A DNA stretch of 64,000 nt from Chiloscyllium plagiosum. Taxonomy: Eukaryota. Position 1 is the stretch's first letter, and each line of letters starts with the position of its first letter. The stretch covers positions 3,649,450 to 3,713,449 of the forward strand of contig NC_057750.1 of the NCBI RefSeq assembly GCF_004010195.1, written 5' to 3'. A program made the position numbers and the translations under genes. A model generated the notes under the pieces. The model saw only the letters and a list, made by a program, of their open reading frames with translations. It did no database searches and was not told the DNA's origin. Positions 38,301-47,772 of the stretch are shown in pieces.

Positions 38301-41300
38301 CCTAAATCTCATATAACCAAATGGCAGTGATATAGGGCGGCATGGTGGCACAGTGGTTAGCACTGCTGCCTCACAGCGCCAGAGACCCGGGTTCAATTCC
38401 TGACTCAGGCAACTGACTGTGTGGAGTTTGCACATTCTCCCGTGTCTGTGTGGGTTTCCTCCGGGTGCTCTGTTTCCTCCCACAGTCCAAAGATGTGCAG
38501 GTCAGGTGAATTGGCCATGCTAAATTGCCCGTAGAGTTAGGTAAAAGGGGTAAATGTAGGGCAATGGGTGGGTGGCGGGTCGGTGTGGACTTGTTGGGCC
38601 GAAGGGCCTGTTTCCACTCTGTAAGTAATCTAAAAAAAAATATGGTAATAGCTATGGGTGTTTCTTTCTCCTTCATTGCTGATTAGTGATTATCGGACTG
38701 GTATGTATACAATATTGCTCTGGAATCTCCTGGAATGGGTTTTTTGATCACTGGGAGATTAACATCAAATTTCATGGGCTTTGGGTTGACTTCAGTTCTG
38801 ATTTTTCTTTTAGAAAGCCAGCATTTTTTACTGCTCCAAAATCATTTTCCCTCAAAGATCATCTAATTTGCCTCAAGCCCTGTGACTTGAAGGGAAGCTA
38901 GAAACCTTGTTGTTCCCATGAACTTGTTGCCTTTATCTTAGGTGATACTGACAGCAGATTTGAAGAAGCCTTCTATTTATGTGTCTTGGTCTGTTAAGGT
39001 GGGTGGTATAATTTCCAGTTCTTTTTTCCAGAGATTGGTAAATGGGGTTCAAACCAACAGATTGAACAGACAGGCAGAAAACTAGCTACCAGTAACCCTA
39101 ACCCTAACCCTAACCCAGTATAGTGTCTGCTAATATTGAATGTTCTTCCTACCAAAATGCATTACCTCACATTTCTCTGAATTCAATCTCATCTGCCACC
39201 TATCTGCACACTTTACCAACTTCTCTATGTCCTTTTGAAGGTCTAAGCTGTTCTCCTCTCAGTTTACAGTGTTCCCAAGTCTCAAAACATCTGTAAACTT
39301 TGAAATTGTTCCTGACACATCAAGATCCAGGTCATTAATACATGTCAGGAAAAACAAGGATCACAATAGCAAACCCTGGGGATCCTCACTACAAGCCTTT
39401 CTCCAGGCAAAAAAAAAATCCATTGAACATTGCTCTTTGTTTCCTATCACTCAGTCAATTTTGCAGAAACTTGCAATTTCCTGTTTTATTCCATGACCTA
39501 TACCTTTTCTTACAAGTCTGTTGTGTGGTACTATATCTAATGCATTATAGAAGTCCATGTGTACGACATCAACAATACTGACTAGTTCTGTTACTTCTTC
39601 AAAAAACTCCAGGAAATTAGTTAAATATACTATCATCTTTAGAAATCCACGCTGGTTCTTCTTAATCAATCCACCTTTTCCACCTGACTCCTAACTCTAT
39701 CCCAATGATTGTTTCCAGCAGCTTCACACCACTGACGTTAAACTGACTGGACAGTAGTTGCTGGACTTATCTCTACAATCTTTTTGAAAAAGGAAGTAAC
39801 ATTTGCAATAATTCAGTTTTCTGGCACTTTCCCTGAGCCTAAGCAAGACTGAAAGATTGTGGTCAGTGCTCCTGCAAATTTCAGTCTAACTTCTTTCAAT
39901 ATTCTTTGATGCATCTCATTTGGCACCTTGCCAACTTTAAGTCTATCCAACACGACTTTATTTTCAATTTTGAACCCACTAGTGACAGAGTTTCCTCCAC
40001 GGTCATCATGGCCTGGGTAGCATCTGCCTCTTTGGTAAATACAGATGCAAAGTTTTCATTTAATAACTCAGCTATGCCCCTGCCTCCATGTGTAAACCTC
40101 CTTCTTAGTCCCTAAAAATTAGACTTACTCCTCCTTTTACCTGCACACACCTGCAGAAGACTTTAGAACCCCCTTTATGTTGGCTGTCAATCTTCTCTCA
40201 TAATTCCTCTTTGCTTCTCTACTGTGGATTTCATCTCCTCCCTGAACCTTGTCAATTCCCCTTGGTTTTCAATTGTATTTTCTTCCTTGACAATTGTCAT
40301 AACAAAGAGGAAAGAGTTAGACCATTGCATGATATAGACAGACTGGTTGGATGGGCTGAACAGTGGCAAATGGATGTTAGCGATTTTTGAGAAGATTTGT
40401 CGCTCAGGTTGAGGTTCAGATTGTAAGTTTGCTCACTGAGCTGGAAGATTTGTTTTCAGAAGTTTTGTCACCATGCGAGGTAACATTATCAGTGAGTGTC
40501 CGCTGAAACGCTGGTGTTCTGTCCCATTTTCTATTTATGTGTCTTGGTCTGTTAAGGTGGATGATGTCATTTCCAGTTTTTTTTCTCAGAGTTTGGTAAA
40601 TGGTGTCCAAATTGATGAGTTTATTGATGAAGTTCTGGTTTGAATTACAGGAATTCCTGTACATGTCTCTGTTTAGCCTGTCCTAGGATGGATGCGTTAT
40701 CCCAGTCAAAGTGGTGTCCTTCTTCGTATGTGTGTAAGGATACTTGTAATAGTGGGTCATGTCTTTTGGTGGCTAGTTTGTGTTTGCGTATAGTGGTAGC
40801 TAGTTTTCGGCCTGTCTGTTCAATCTGTTGATTTGAACCCCATTTACCAATCTCTGGGAAAAAGAACTGGAAATTATACCACCCATCTTAACAGACCAAA
40901 ACACATAAATAGAAAGCAGGACAGAACACCCGCACGTCCCCGGAGGCTCACTGATGATGTTACCTAGCATTGTGACGAGACATCCGAAAACAAACCTTCC
41001 AGCTTAGTGAGAAAACTTATAATCTGAGTGGCAAATGGAATTTGATCCTGAAAAGTATGAGGTGATGCATTTTGTGAGGACTAACAAGGCAAAGGAGTAC
41101 ACGTTGAATGGTGTACCCTAGGAATGGAATACCCTGGGAAGTACAAGAGATCAGAGGGACCTTGATGTGCATGACCTTGAAGGCAGCAGGACAAGCAGAC
41201 AAGTGATTAAGAAGGCATATCGGATACTTTCCTTTATTGGTCAAGACATGAATACAAGAGCAGCAGATTATGATGGAGTTGTGTATAGTGTAAGTTCAGC

Positions 41301-44300
41301 CACAGCGACAGTTGAATGTGCACTTCTAGCTGCCATGCTGCAGGTAAGATGTGACTGTACTAAGGAAGGTGCAGAAGAGATTCACGAGGATGTTGCCTGG
41401 ACAGGAGCAGTTCAACTATGAAGATAAGCTAGATAGACTGGAGTTTGTTTTCCTGAGAGCAGAGAAGGCTGAGGGATGATCTGATTCAGGTCTGCAAAAT
41501 TCTGAAGGGTATAGCCAGTGTAGATAGGAAGAAATATTTCCCCCCCGGAAGAGAGGTCAATAGCCAGAGGGCACAGTTTTTAAGGTAAGGGCCAGGAGGT
41601 TTAGAGAGGATCTGAGGAAAATCTTTTCACCTCGAAAGTCGGGGCTATCTAGGACTCACTTCCTGAAAGGATGGAAAAGGCAGGAGCTCTCAAGACATTT
41701 CAGAATTATTTAGATAAGTATATGCAGTGCCAAAGCACTCACAAAGTACCAGAAGGAACTCAGTCCCAACTTTCAACTGCCACATGTCCAGGTGTCGTTT
41801 TGCCAGTGCAATAATATGAAACTTTTTATGTCTATAAAAATATAATGTCATTCAGAAAAGTTTGCACTATTTCAAAATCTGAGTCTGAAAACAAGAAACT
41901 GTTGCCACAATGGAATGCAGGTTCTTCTTCTAGTTTACAAGTGTCTGCAACATGAAATGTTCATCTCTATTAATTACTTTCCCAAATGCTAATAATTGGT
42001 ACAATTCACCAATTGTGGAGCAATTGAAAAATGCTTGGATTGGTGGCAGCATGAGTATCTTTGCCCAAGTTACAAAGTTGTGATTTTGGAACAATTTATT
42101 CTCGTAAGGAATTTTTATCTATGTAGTAACTTGTTACACTTGCTATTTGAAATAAAAATTCACCTCATCTTCCCCCTACCCTGCCCTGCTTCTTTTACTA
42201 GTGATCTTAAATCTATGTCCCCATATTATTAAATATCCTGCCTCTGACAATAGTTGTCTCTACCTACTCCATTAAAACTCTTGATACATTTGAATGCCAT
42301 TACTAAATCTTCCTTTACCTTTTCTGCTGTAAGCAAACAGCCTCTCCAGATATCCACATAGCTGAAACGCTTCATCAGATACCAACTTGCCACTGAGCAT
42401 CAGTGTGATAATTTTGCAACAGAGTCTATTGCTATAATCAGAGGAGAATTTCTAATCCAAATTAATCCAGAGATGAGTGAAGAATAACCCAGTTGGATTC
42501 AACTCATGAGTATCAGCCCACTCAAGTTTGCAATGAATTCTCTTTTTAACAGCTTGTCAATAATTATATTTAAATTTAAAATTATATTTAAAATTGCTGA
42601 AACCATTTCAGTATCTTCACAATTAGATCACTTCAATTGTTCAGTAAGATGTAAACCAGTGCCATGCCTAATGTCTTATCTGTGCACAATTTCAATACCG
42701 AGTAATTAATATTGATTTCTCATAGTACCTGTGCAAAGGAGCCATCCTCATTGCATTCTGGTACAATAATGGAGTCTGTTGCTCTCCTTGTTTGTGCAAG
42801 TGCTTGGGCTCTATCTTCTCGGCATCTTGCTGTGGCCCTTTCTGTAACACAGATCAACTCATTTCAGAAATAGCTATGGTGAATGTATTCCTAAATCACA
42901 CTGTTCTCCATATTAAACTACAAATTATGGTGATCTATGGGTTCAAATGTAATCAGAAAAAATGAAATCCTTGACCACATTCAGCTGTACTTTACAAAGT
43001 TACATTTGCCTCAGAGAGCATTCTAATGTCCAGTTATGTTACAAACAGGTTTAACCAATCACAAACCACTAAACAAAACAAACACCATAATCACGTGATG
43101 TGAGCACTTATAGCAATCAGATCATTGAATAATTGCATACCAAAATTTGGCAATCCGGAAGGAAAGTAGTCAAAAGCAGAGAGAAGGATAAGGATTATGT
43201 AAAGTGTAGGCAACCAATAAGAATATAAGAACTAGGAGCAGCAGTAAGCCATCCAGCCCATCGAGCCCACTCCCCCATTCAATAAGATCATGGCTGATCT
43301 TTTCATAGACTCAGCTCCACTTAACCTGCGCTCTCACCGTATCCTTTAATTCCTTTATTGTTCAAAAATATATCTATCTTAGCTTTAAAAATGTTTACTG
43401 AAGCAGCATCAACTATTTCACTGGGCAAAGAATTCCACAGATTTCCACCCCTCTGGGTGAAGAAGTTCCTTCTCAATTCAGTCCTAAATCTGCTCCCCCT
43501 AACTTTGAGGCTGTGCCCTTTTGTCCTAGTTTCACTTGGCAGTGGAAACATCCTCTCTACTTCTAACTTATCTATTCCCTTCATAATTTTATATGTTTCT
43601 ATAAGATCCCCCCCTCATCCTTCTAAATTCCAAAGATTATAATCCCAATCTACTCAATCTCTCCACACCAAGGCTACCTTGACCAAACTGGTTCAACCAA
43701 TCGGCATGCAGATTAAAATCCCCCATGATAAAAGCTGTACCATTTTTACACACGTTAGTTATTTCTTTGTTTATTGCCTGCCCCAAGTGATATTATTATT
43801 TGGTGGCCTATAGACTACTCCTATCAGTGACTTTTTCTTCCTAGAATTTCTCATTTCCACCCAAAGCCTTCTTCTCCATATATCATCCACGAACCTATAT
43901 CATCTCTCAGCGCTGCCCTGATGTCATCCTTGAATATCAGAGCAACACCATCTCCCTTACCTTCCTGTCTGTCCTTCCAAATAGTCTGATACCCTGGATA
44001 TTTAACTCCCAGTTGTGACCATCCTATAACCATGTCTCCATAATGGCTACTAAATTATATTCATGCGCAATGATTTGTGCCATTAACTCATCAACCTTGT
44101 TACGGATGCTACAAGCTTTCAGGTAAAGTGCCCTTAAGCTAATTTTCTTAACCTCATGATTTCTAACATCTCTAATAATATCTCCTGAGTTATCCTTCCT
44201 TTTTACTTTTTTTCATAGTCTGCCTTGTACTTAAACCCTCCTGCACGTGCTAACCTGTTGCTTACCTTTTTATTTACCATCATACTTCCTATGGTTTTCC

Positions 44301-47300
44301 CTTTCCCTTCCCCTGGTCTCACTAGTTTAAAGTCCTAGTGACCACCCCACTTATCCTTTTCGCTAGAACACTGGTTTCAGATCGGTTCAAGTGGAGATCG
44401 TCCCATCGGTACAGAACCATCGGTTGGACCAGAACATTAAAAATTGATGACAGCACATGAAAGAAGAATGTCTATAATTTTACAAACTTTTCATTAATCT
44501 AGTAACATTCAGTTTGAGGAGTACTATCAACCAGCAAAATGCGGTTTTGAATGGATTCCATTAAAGATAAATTCTTCCAAGATTCTATACTTTGGGTGAT
44601 TCTGTTTTGTGCAGTTGGTTATTAGTGATGAAAATGGAATTGAAAGTCATCATCCAATCTTGTGTTGTGAACCTGGTTGAAATTCATTTCACTGCAAACT
44701 GAGCAGTAACATTCCTAAGAAAACTGGAAAAATACATGGAGAGAAAATTACATGGCAGTGGTAAAAGAACAATGGAGTAGAACTAATTGGATAGCTGTTT
44801 CAAAGAGCTAATGGGGCAATAAAGATCAAAATGTACTGTGAGATTCTATGGGCACAATTTCTCAAACTCAACAGTTTCCTGCTCCACCAGTGGAAAGGTC
44901 AATGGGGAAACTCATCATCCCTGATGACAGTAGTCCCGCAGACTTAACATTCCATAAAACATTAACTGATTAAAGACTGGACTTTCTCCCCTCATCTCAG
45001 AGGAAATCCCACCTTGAGCTGCTGACAGCTCGGGATTCTTATCAGTGCCATCAGGAACAGTGGTGACTGAGGATGGAAGGGGCCATGAAGCTGGCAGAAG
45101 ATAGGCCAAAGTTAATTAAACAAAATAATCTGATGATGGAGAAGCCCCTCCAAGGAAAATGCTGAGGCTGCAAAGATTGCCTTCCCTGCCCATGACCCTC
45201 CTCTATTCTTCAGTAAGACACTACACCACACCCCTCAGGTTGCTGTTAGAAGGCTACTTCAATTTACCTGACAGATTCCCTAACCAGCAGGGGTGAAGGG
45301 GTTTGCCAGGTGTAGACCTAGTAAAATTACCCTTCTTATACAAACTGGCTTCCTACTTCATGCAAGCCAGAAAAATTCTCCTAATTGATTCTAGTCCACT
45401 CAATGTTTGCCCCTTAGTCACAAAGCTATGTAACTCCTTACTTAATTCAATCTTCCCCTATTTCTACAAGCTTTTAAAACCCAAACGTTTTCATTTACAT
45501 CCATCTTCCCTGAACAGCATTGCCCTGTTGGTTTTGATTGATCACTTGCATTTTTCAATACCAGAAGTAATTTGGTAAGTTTAGAACAATTATAGAAAGG
45601 AGACTGTTGTTTCATCAGTCGAGCCTCAAATGAAACATAAAACCTATTGATAGACCACTACACTAAATCATCCCTTTCCTAATCAAGGTAGCTCTGCAGA
45701 GGACCATATTTAGAGGATTGCACTGATTTAAATTTACATATTCAACAGTCATTAACTGGATTAAGATGAAACAAAAGAATTAACAATTTAGATAAAACAA
45801 TGCACTGTAGTTTTACTTTATTCTTATGTTGAATGGAGCACTCAGTAAAATTGCAACAATTCAAAACAATCACTGTGCGAAGGCTCAGACAGGAGAAGAG
45901 GGGAGAAATGTAGTTGCCCCATCTCAGCATTTCTTTTATGCTTTTGGAGAAGGCTGACTACTTTGTTTTCTTGTTGTAGAGATCCTACATAGGGAAAAGA
46001 TACCCAAAACACAGTGTTGCTGTTTCAAAAAACAGATGAAAATTGTTACTTCATCCTTCACCTTGCACTGTGACACTGAGATTTATGGAAATTGTTAAAC
46101 TTTGAGGTTGTGCAGGTTAGAGAAATCCCTCAAGGAGTTATGCAAGGAACGCCCAGCTAATTGCTCCAATGATTTAACACTATCCTGTCATGTAATATTT
46201 AAACAGATGACTTATGTGTGACTAAAATAAAATGGAGTGAACAGATATGTCCCACAGTCAACTCATTCCAAATTGCCATGATTTTATTGGATGGTGGAGC
46301 AGGCCCACTCCTGTTGTGAAGTCCTCTGTTCCCATGGTCTATTTTCCTTTCAGTATATAGTTCTATTCCTTCTTTCTCACGTATTTATCTTGTTATCCAA
46401 TAAAGGCATCTCTGCTATTCAGTAGACATACCAATGCTCTGTGGGGGAGGAAACTTCTCTTGAATTCCATATTGGATTTATTTGTGACTGTATCATATTT
46501 ATGTCCCATAGCTGTGTATTCCCTACAAATGGAAAGACCTTCTCTATGCTCACCATAAATGGAGTCTCTTTATAATTTTAAAAGAGCTCTATTCAGTCCA
46601 TAGCTTAAGTTGATAGCCCCTTGAAAAACATGAAGCCCTTCTTAGAAAGGGGTGTGGATCCCTCCCTGGACACGTACGGGAAGAGACTATTTTCTATTCT
46701 TTCTTTCTTTCTGTGCAAGGAAAAATATTTTGATGAACTGGGTGGCGGAGGGCCCCCCTGGACTTTCAAATTGGCACAGACTAATTATGGAATGTATTCC
46801 CCTTGACTTCCTTACAAATATGGTGCACCGAAAGACCGAATTATTTTATAAAATATGGCAGCCCTTTTTGAATTACATAAATACAGATATTTCGGCTATC
46901 CTAACAAGGGCTGTTGTTTTGTTGTTTTGTTTTTTTTGTCAAATTTTGGCTATTGTATATTTGGGCTAATTGTATATCAATGTTTATATCTGAGAGTTTT
47001 GTTTATTTTTGTAAACTTGTAAAAATGTTAAATTTCTAATAAAAATATCTATAAAAAAAAAAGAAAGGGGTGTGGAAACAAACTGCAGCATCAGTTGTGA
47101 AAGTATTAGAAAGTATTTTGAAAGAGGGGATAATGAAATACCTTCAAAAAGTGTGGAATGGTACAATTTGGTAAGTTTGACATGGCAAAAGGAATCAGCA
47201 AGGAGTGTTTTGGAATAAATGATAGAGTTTGCTGTTAATGGGAATTCTGGATCTGTGACACAGTTTGCATTTATGTAATACCTTTGATGTAGTCAAGTTC

Positions 47301-47772
47301 CCAAAATTTAGCATGTCAATTAAAATTTGACACAGATCCATGGTGACGAAAAGCTTGGCCAGAGTTAGGGAGGAAAGAGAAGTACAGAGGTGGAGAGGTT
47401 TGGGAGGTGACAGAAAAACCACGAATGATAGGGTGTTAGAATTTGGAGACAAGAATTTTAGGAAAGCAGAGTTCTCAGAAGCTTGTAGAAGTAGGTGAGG
47501 TTACAAATGTGGGGAAAGATGAGGCCAGTGAAGGGGGGGCTAGAACTAGTTGATTATTGACTAATGGACGAATCAGCTGTTTTGATGTTTCCATCCTTAC
47601 CACTGCATCGGCTCCGAGGCTTTGTTTCAAGGGTTGGGTCCCTGCATTTTGCCCGTTGAAAAGCACAGTGGGATTTGTAGAACTTCCTGTCACTCCCACA
47701 GACTGGCTTCTGTTGAGCTCTAGAGCAATCAATGTTGCACAAACCCCCTCGATCGCTCTCAGCTATAAGAAA
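2101..47772 (-). CDS. SMOC1-like: SMOC-family gene (SPARC-related modular calcium-binding protein, SMOC1-like), spliced CDS lacking exon 1; join 47772-47601, 42841-42729, 27894-27795, 24948-24898, 19748-19692, 13623-13546, 9441-9249, 8198-8116, 4423-4327, 2365-2101
   Basis: Ten exons with AG/GT boundaries and compatible phases give one 1209-nt open frame: Kazal, two thyroglobulin type-1 domains (QC...CWCV) and an EC domain with two EF-hands. Family is clear; exact paralog is not. Confidence 0.93.
2891..3176 (+). mobile_element. HE1-like tRNA-derived V-SINE, 5' clipped
   Basis: B-box GGTTCAATTCC, V-domain-like core TGTGTGGAGTTTGCAC..., CR1-like tail with (TCTAA)n; near-identical to 29745-30066. 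Confidence 0.9.
4327..4423 (-). CDS. SMOC1-like: SMOC exon 10 (start of EC domain), 97 nt
   Basis: tttattatgtttcag|GTTGT...AGAAG|gtatac; GCPGGKKTEFVAGLLKSLIMDMDQFGYHPTWRR. Confidence 0.93.
4464..6887 (-). mobile_element. Penelope-like retroelement (degenerate RT + GIY-YIG) with inverted duplication of its 3' end
   Basis: Minus-strand RT motifs (MVSFDTTALFTSI, YLDDTF, LSFLDV); GIY-YIG region VIYKIPCKDCNKHYIRQTGRKL in the inverted arm; arms 4503-5089 and 6320-6887; perfect 13-bp TSD ATACCAACATGTT at 4451-4463 and 6888-6900. Confidence 0.93.
4541..4581 (-). ncRNA. Minimal hammerhead ribozyme motif in PLE terminus
   Basis: CCCA-CUGAAGA-U-GUUACC-uaguau-GGUGAU-GAAA-CAUC-UGG; stem I CCA/UGG; stem III palindrome decayed (ACAU instead of ACGU). 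Confidence 0.6.
7074..7750 (-). mobile_element. Solo LTR (Gypsy-like)
   Basis: TG...CA termini, 4-bp TSD TTAG (7070-7073, 7751-7754); terminus resembles that of 15366-16245. Confidence 0.75.
8116..8198 (-). CDS. SMOC1-like: SMOC exon 9, 83 nt
   Basis: ctcccattctttgcag|TAACC...CCAAG|gtttgt; NQTPDCGSAGRSKISEMAPLFRDRKLQ; phase 2-1. Confidence 0.92.
9249..9441 (-). CDS. SMOC1-like: SMOC exon 8 (thyroglobulin-1 domain 2), 193 nt
   Basis: ttttcttccctcattag|ACCAG...GCACG|gtgagc; DQPVSCDQERRSAIEEAKQHQYEGAFVPQCSSNGLYKQVQCHQATGYCWCVRVDSGHPIQGTTAR. Confidence 0.96.
10125..10570 (-). mobile_element. CR1 LINE 3' fragment
   Basis: Reverse complement encodes an RNFFTQTVVNLW-type ORF2 C-terminus. Confidence 0.8.
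12268..12566 (+). mobile_element. HE1-like SINE, diverged
   Basis: GGTGGCTCAGTGGTTAGCAC head, V core, tail ...GTTTCCACACTGTAG. Confidence 0.85.
12721..13059 (-). mobile_element. HE1-like SINE, diverged
   Basis: Reverse complement of the same consensus; tail-to-tail with 12268-12566. Confidence 0.85.
13546..13623 (-). CDS. SMOC1-like: SMOC exon 7 (linker), 78 nt
   Basis: ttattctccttgcag|GTGAAG...ATCCAG|gtgaag; GEALDHHKQRPVEDRHKDALLISKNP; open in the required phase, but little similarity to SMOC1/2. Confidence 0.65.
14340..15030 (+). mobile_element. CR1 LINE ORF2 internal fragment
   Basis: LAWNIKADTKSFCRYVKRKR...AEQLNTYFGSVFT, followed by degenerate RT N-terminal motifs. Confidence 0.85.
15366..16245 (+). 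mobile_element. Solo LTR-like insertion
   Basis: Interrupts the LINE; termini TGTGATGA...TCATAAA; 3' end similar to the 7074 LTR; TSD degenerate. Confidence 0.65.
15575..15784. mobile_element. Palindromic PLE-derived mini-element with hammerhead motif
   Basis: 16-bp TSD AGTTTTTC(C/T)AGCTCAG (15559-15574, 15785-15800); plus strand CUGAAGA (15657) AGG-guuaca-CCU GAAA CGUC. Confidence 0.8.
16937..17253 (-). mobile_element. HE1-like SINE, young full-length copy
   Basis: Starts GGGCGGCACGGTGGCACAGTGGTTAGC on the minus strand; (TCTAA)n tail; nested in a LINE. Confidence 0.92.
18733..18952 (-). mobile_element. Second tRNA-like SINE family, fragment
   Basis: Reverse-complement similarity to 29551-30140. 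Confidence 0.65.
18999..19270 (+). mobile_element. PLE 3' terminal fragment
   Basis: Matches 6642-6887 and the reverse complement of 4464-4510; hammerhead GAAA box mutated. Confidence 0.85.
19692..19748 (-). CDS. SMOC1-like: SMOC exon 6 (linker), 57 nt, or 51 nt using an upstream donor (end 19698)
   Basis: ttttcttctctaatcccag|AACAAGG...CACAG^GTAAAG|gtatgc; QQGIKLRPTTRTLIRNTGK; phase 1-1. Confidence 0.78.
20788..21003 (+). mobile_element. CR1 LINE 3' end
   Basis: VWNELLEE...FKRHLDKYMNRKGLEGYG and CTATGACT tail. Confidence 0.85.
21595..21904 (+). mobile_element. HE1-like SINE
   Basis: A/B boxes, V core, CR1-like tail; inserted in an older minus-strand CR1 remnant. Confidence 0.88.
22486..22720. 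mobile_element. Palindromic PLE-derived mini-element, degenerate
   Basis: Inverted arms; TSD tccattaaccact (22473-22485) / tccattagccatt (22721-22733); related to 1696-1916. Confidence 0.7.
22917..22952 (-). ncRNA. Intact minimal hammerhead ribozyme motif
   Basis: UUC-CUGAAGA-A-GGGC-uuau-GCCC-GAAA-CGUC^GA; palindromic ACGU stem III, GUC triplet. Confidence 0.7.
23067..23181. other. Assembly gap (115 N)
   Basis: N run. Confidence 1.
23610..24515 (-). mobile_element. CR1/L2-group LINE fragments (second family)
   Basis: Collinear similarity to parts of 16600-18330. Confidence 0.75.
24898..24948 (-). CDS. SMOC1-like: SMOC exon 5 (linker), 51 nt
   Basis: ttttcccttccag|ATTCT...GATGC|gtaagt; DSTKDKTSQRGRDSSRM; phase 1-1; loosely resembles the SMOC1 linker. 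Confidence 0.8.
25788..26542 (+). mobile_element. CR1 LINE 3' portion
   Basis: LVRPQLEYCVQFWAP, RNFFSQRVGNLW, short TCTTATG-type tail. Confidence 0.9.
26637..26645 (-). CDS. Candidate 9-nt alternative microexon (GGCAGATGG, adds G-Q-M) between exons 4 and 5
   Basis: ttttacatctactctacag|GGCAGATGG|gtaagt; frame-preserving phase 1-1; donor and downstream intron duplicate those of exon 5. No expression evidence. Confidence 0.3.
27015..27265 (-). mobile_element. CR1 LINE 3' end
   Basis: KFKEELDRFLIGNGLKAYG and 3'UTR. Confidence 0.8.
27795..27894 (-). CDS. SMOC1-like: SMOC exon 4 (second half of thyroglobulin-1 domain 1), 100 nt
   Basis: ctctctgctttaatag|GTTCAG...TTCAG|gtacca; VQCHKLTGYCWCVTPDGKPISGSSVHNRTPTCS. 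Confidence 0.96.
28240..29392 (+). mobile_element. CR1 LINE RT/3' portion
   Basis: SKFVDDTKIGG, LERVQKRFTRMLPGL, 3'UTR and tail. Confidence 0.92.
29551..30222 (+). mobile_element. Second tRNA-like SINE family, interrupted by an HE1-like SINE
   Basis: tRNA-like head; 3' tail similar to the reverse complement of LINE tail 15130-15210. Confidence 0.65.
29745..30066 (+). mobile_element. HE1-like SINE, young full-length copy
   Basis: GGGCGGCACGGTGGCACAGTGGTTAGC...CCACACTGTAA(TCTAA)n. Confidence 0.92.
31074..31358. mobile_element. 285-bp near-perfect palindrome; PLE-type mini-element with two hammerhead motifs
   Basis: Outer 70 bp are perfect inverted repeats; TSD catcagga(t/c)ttt (31061-31072, 31341-31352); same family as 35851-36054. 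Confidence 0.85.
31219..31255 (+). ncRNA. Intact minimal hammerhead ribozyme motif
   Basis: GCAU-CUGAUGA-A-GGAGC-agc-GUUCC-GAAA-GCUA^GUGC; 4-bp stem I, AGCU palindromic stem III. Confidence 0.68.
32625..32795. mobile_element. Degenerate PLE-derived palindromic element within an old CR1
   Basis: Resembles 22486-22720. Confidence 0.5.
32972..33872 (+). mobile_element. CR1 LINE 3' portion, young (uninterrupted 269-aa ORF2 C-terminus)
   Basis: WQMEFNSDKCKVLHFG...LVRPLLEYCVQFWSP...FFTQRVVHVWNELP; tail CTATGACT repeats. Confidence 0.95.
33995..34430 (+). mobile_element. CR1 LINE 3' end
   Basis: WNELPEEVVDAGTV...FKRHLDKYMN. Confidence 0.85.
34483..34670 (+). mobile_element. HE1-like SINE, diverged and truncated
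   Basis: CAGTGGCACAGTTAGCAC head and GGAGTTTGCACATTCTCC core. Confidence 0.75.
35106..35339 (+). mobile_element. Possible short solo LTR
   Basis: TG...CA ends and TATA-like GATATAAG; no TSD seen. Confidence 0.4.
35851..36054. mobile_element. Palindromic PLE-type mini-element
   Basis: Perfect 13-bp TSD TAGCCCTCAATGT (35838-35850, 36055-36067); asymmetric arms; decayed hammerhead cores. Confidence 0.85.
38335..38640 (+). mobile_element. HE1-like SINE
   Basis: Full head, V core and tail. Confidence 0.9.
38970..39091. repeat. Inverted copy of the PLE inversion junction at about 40795-40916
   Basis: Reverse complement aligns across the junction with few mismatches. Confidence 0.85.
39093..39116. 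repeat. Short interstitial telomeric tract (TAACCC)4
   Basis: ccag-TAACCCTAACCCTAACCCTAACCC-agta. Confidence 0.9.
39135..40290 (-). mobile_element. Old CR1 LINE ORF2 fragment
   Basis: LTNFLEFFEEVT...VDVVHMDFYNALDIVPHNRL. Confidence 0.82.
40310..41735 (+). mobile_element. Old CR1 LINE 3' portion interrupted by a PLE
   Basis: WQMEF motif split by the insertion; downstream degenerate ORF2 C-terminus. Confidence 0.8.
40375..41026 (-). mobile_element. Truncated PLE with inverted 3' duplication
   Basis: Related to 4464-6887; perfect 13-bp TSD AGTGGCAAATGGA (40362-40374, 41027-41039). Confidence 0.9.
42729..42841 (-). CDS. SMOC1-like: SMOC exon 3 (first half of thyroglobulin-1 domain 1), 113 nt
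   Basis: gtgttacag|AAAGG...GCACAG|gtacta; ERATARCREDRAQALAQTRRATDSIIVPECNEDGSFAQ; not in the ORF track. Confidence 0.95.
43220..44410 (-). mobile_element. CR1 LINE fragments (3' end 43220-43665; endonuclease-proximal part 43670-44410)
   Basis: RTELRRNFFTQRGGNLWNSLP; PGYQTIWKDRQEGKGDGVALIFK. Confidence 0.85.
46650..47062 (+). mobile_element. L1-clade LINE 3' end
   Basis: ARKNILMNW...PP...W...IPLDFLT...FYKIWQPFLNYI C-terminal pattern, T-rich UTR, AATAAA (47038) and poly(A). Confidence 0.75.
47601..47772 (-). CDS. SMOC1-like: SMOC exon 2 (Kazal/follistatin-like domain), 172 nt
   Basis: ttttttgttccag|TTTCTT...AGTG|gtaagg; FLIAESDRGGLCNIDCSRAQQKPVCGSDRKFYKSHCAFQRAKCRDPTLETKPRSRCS. Confidence 0.95.
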
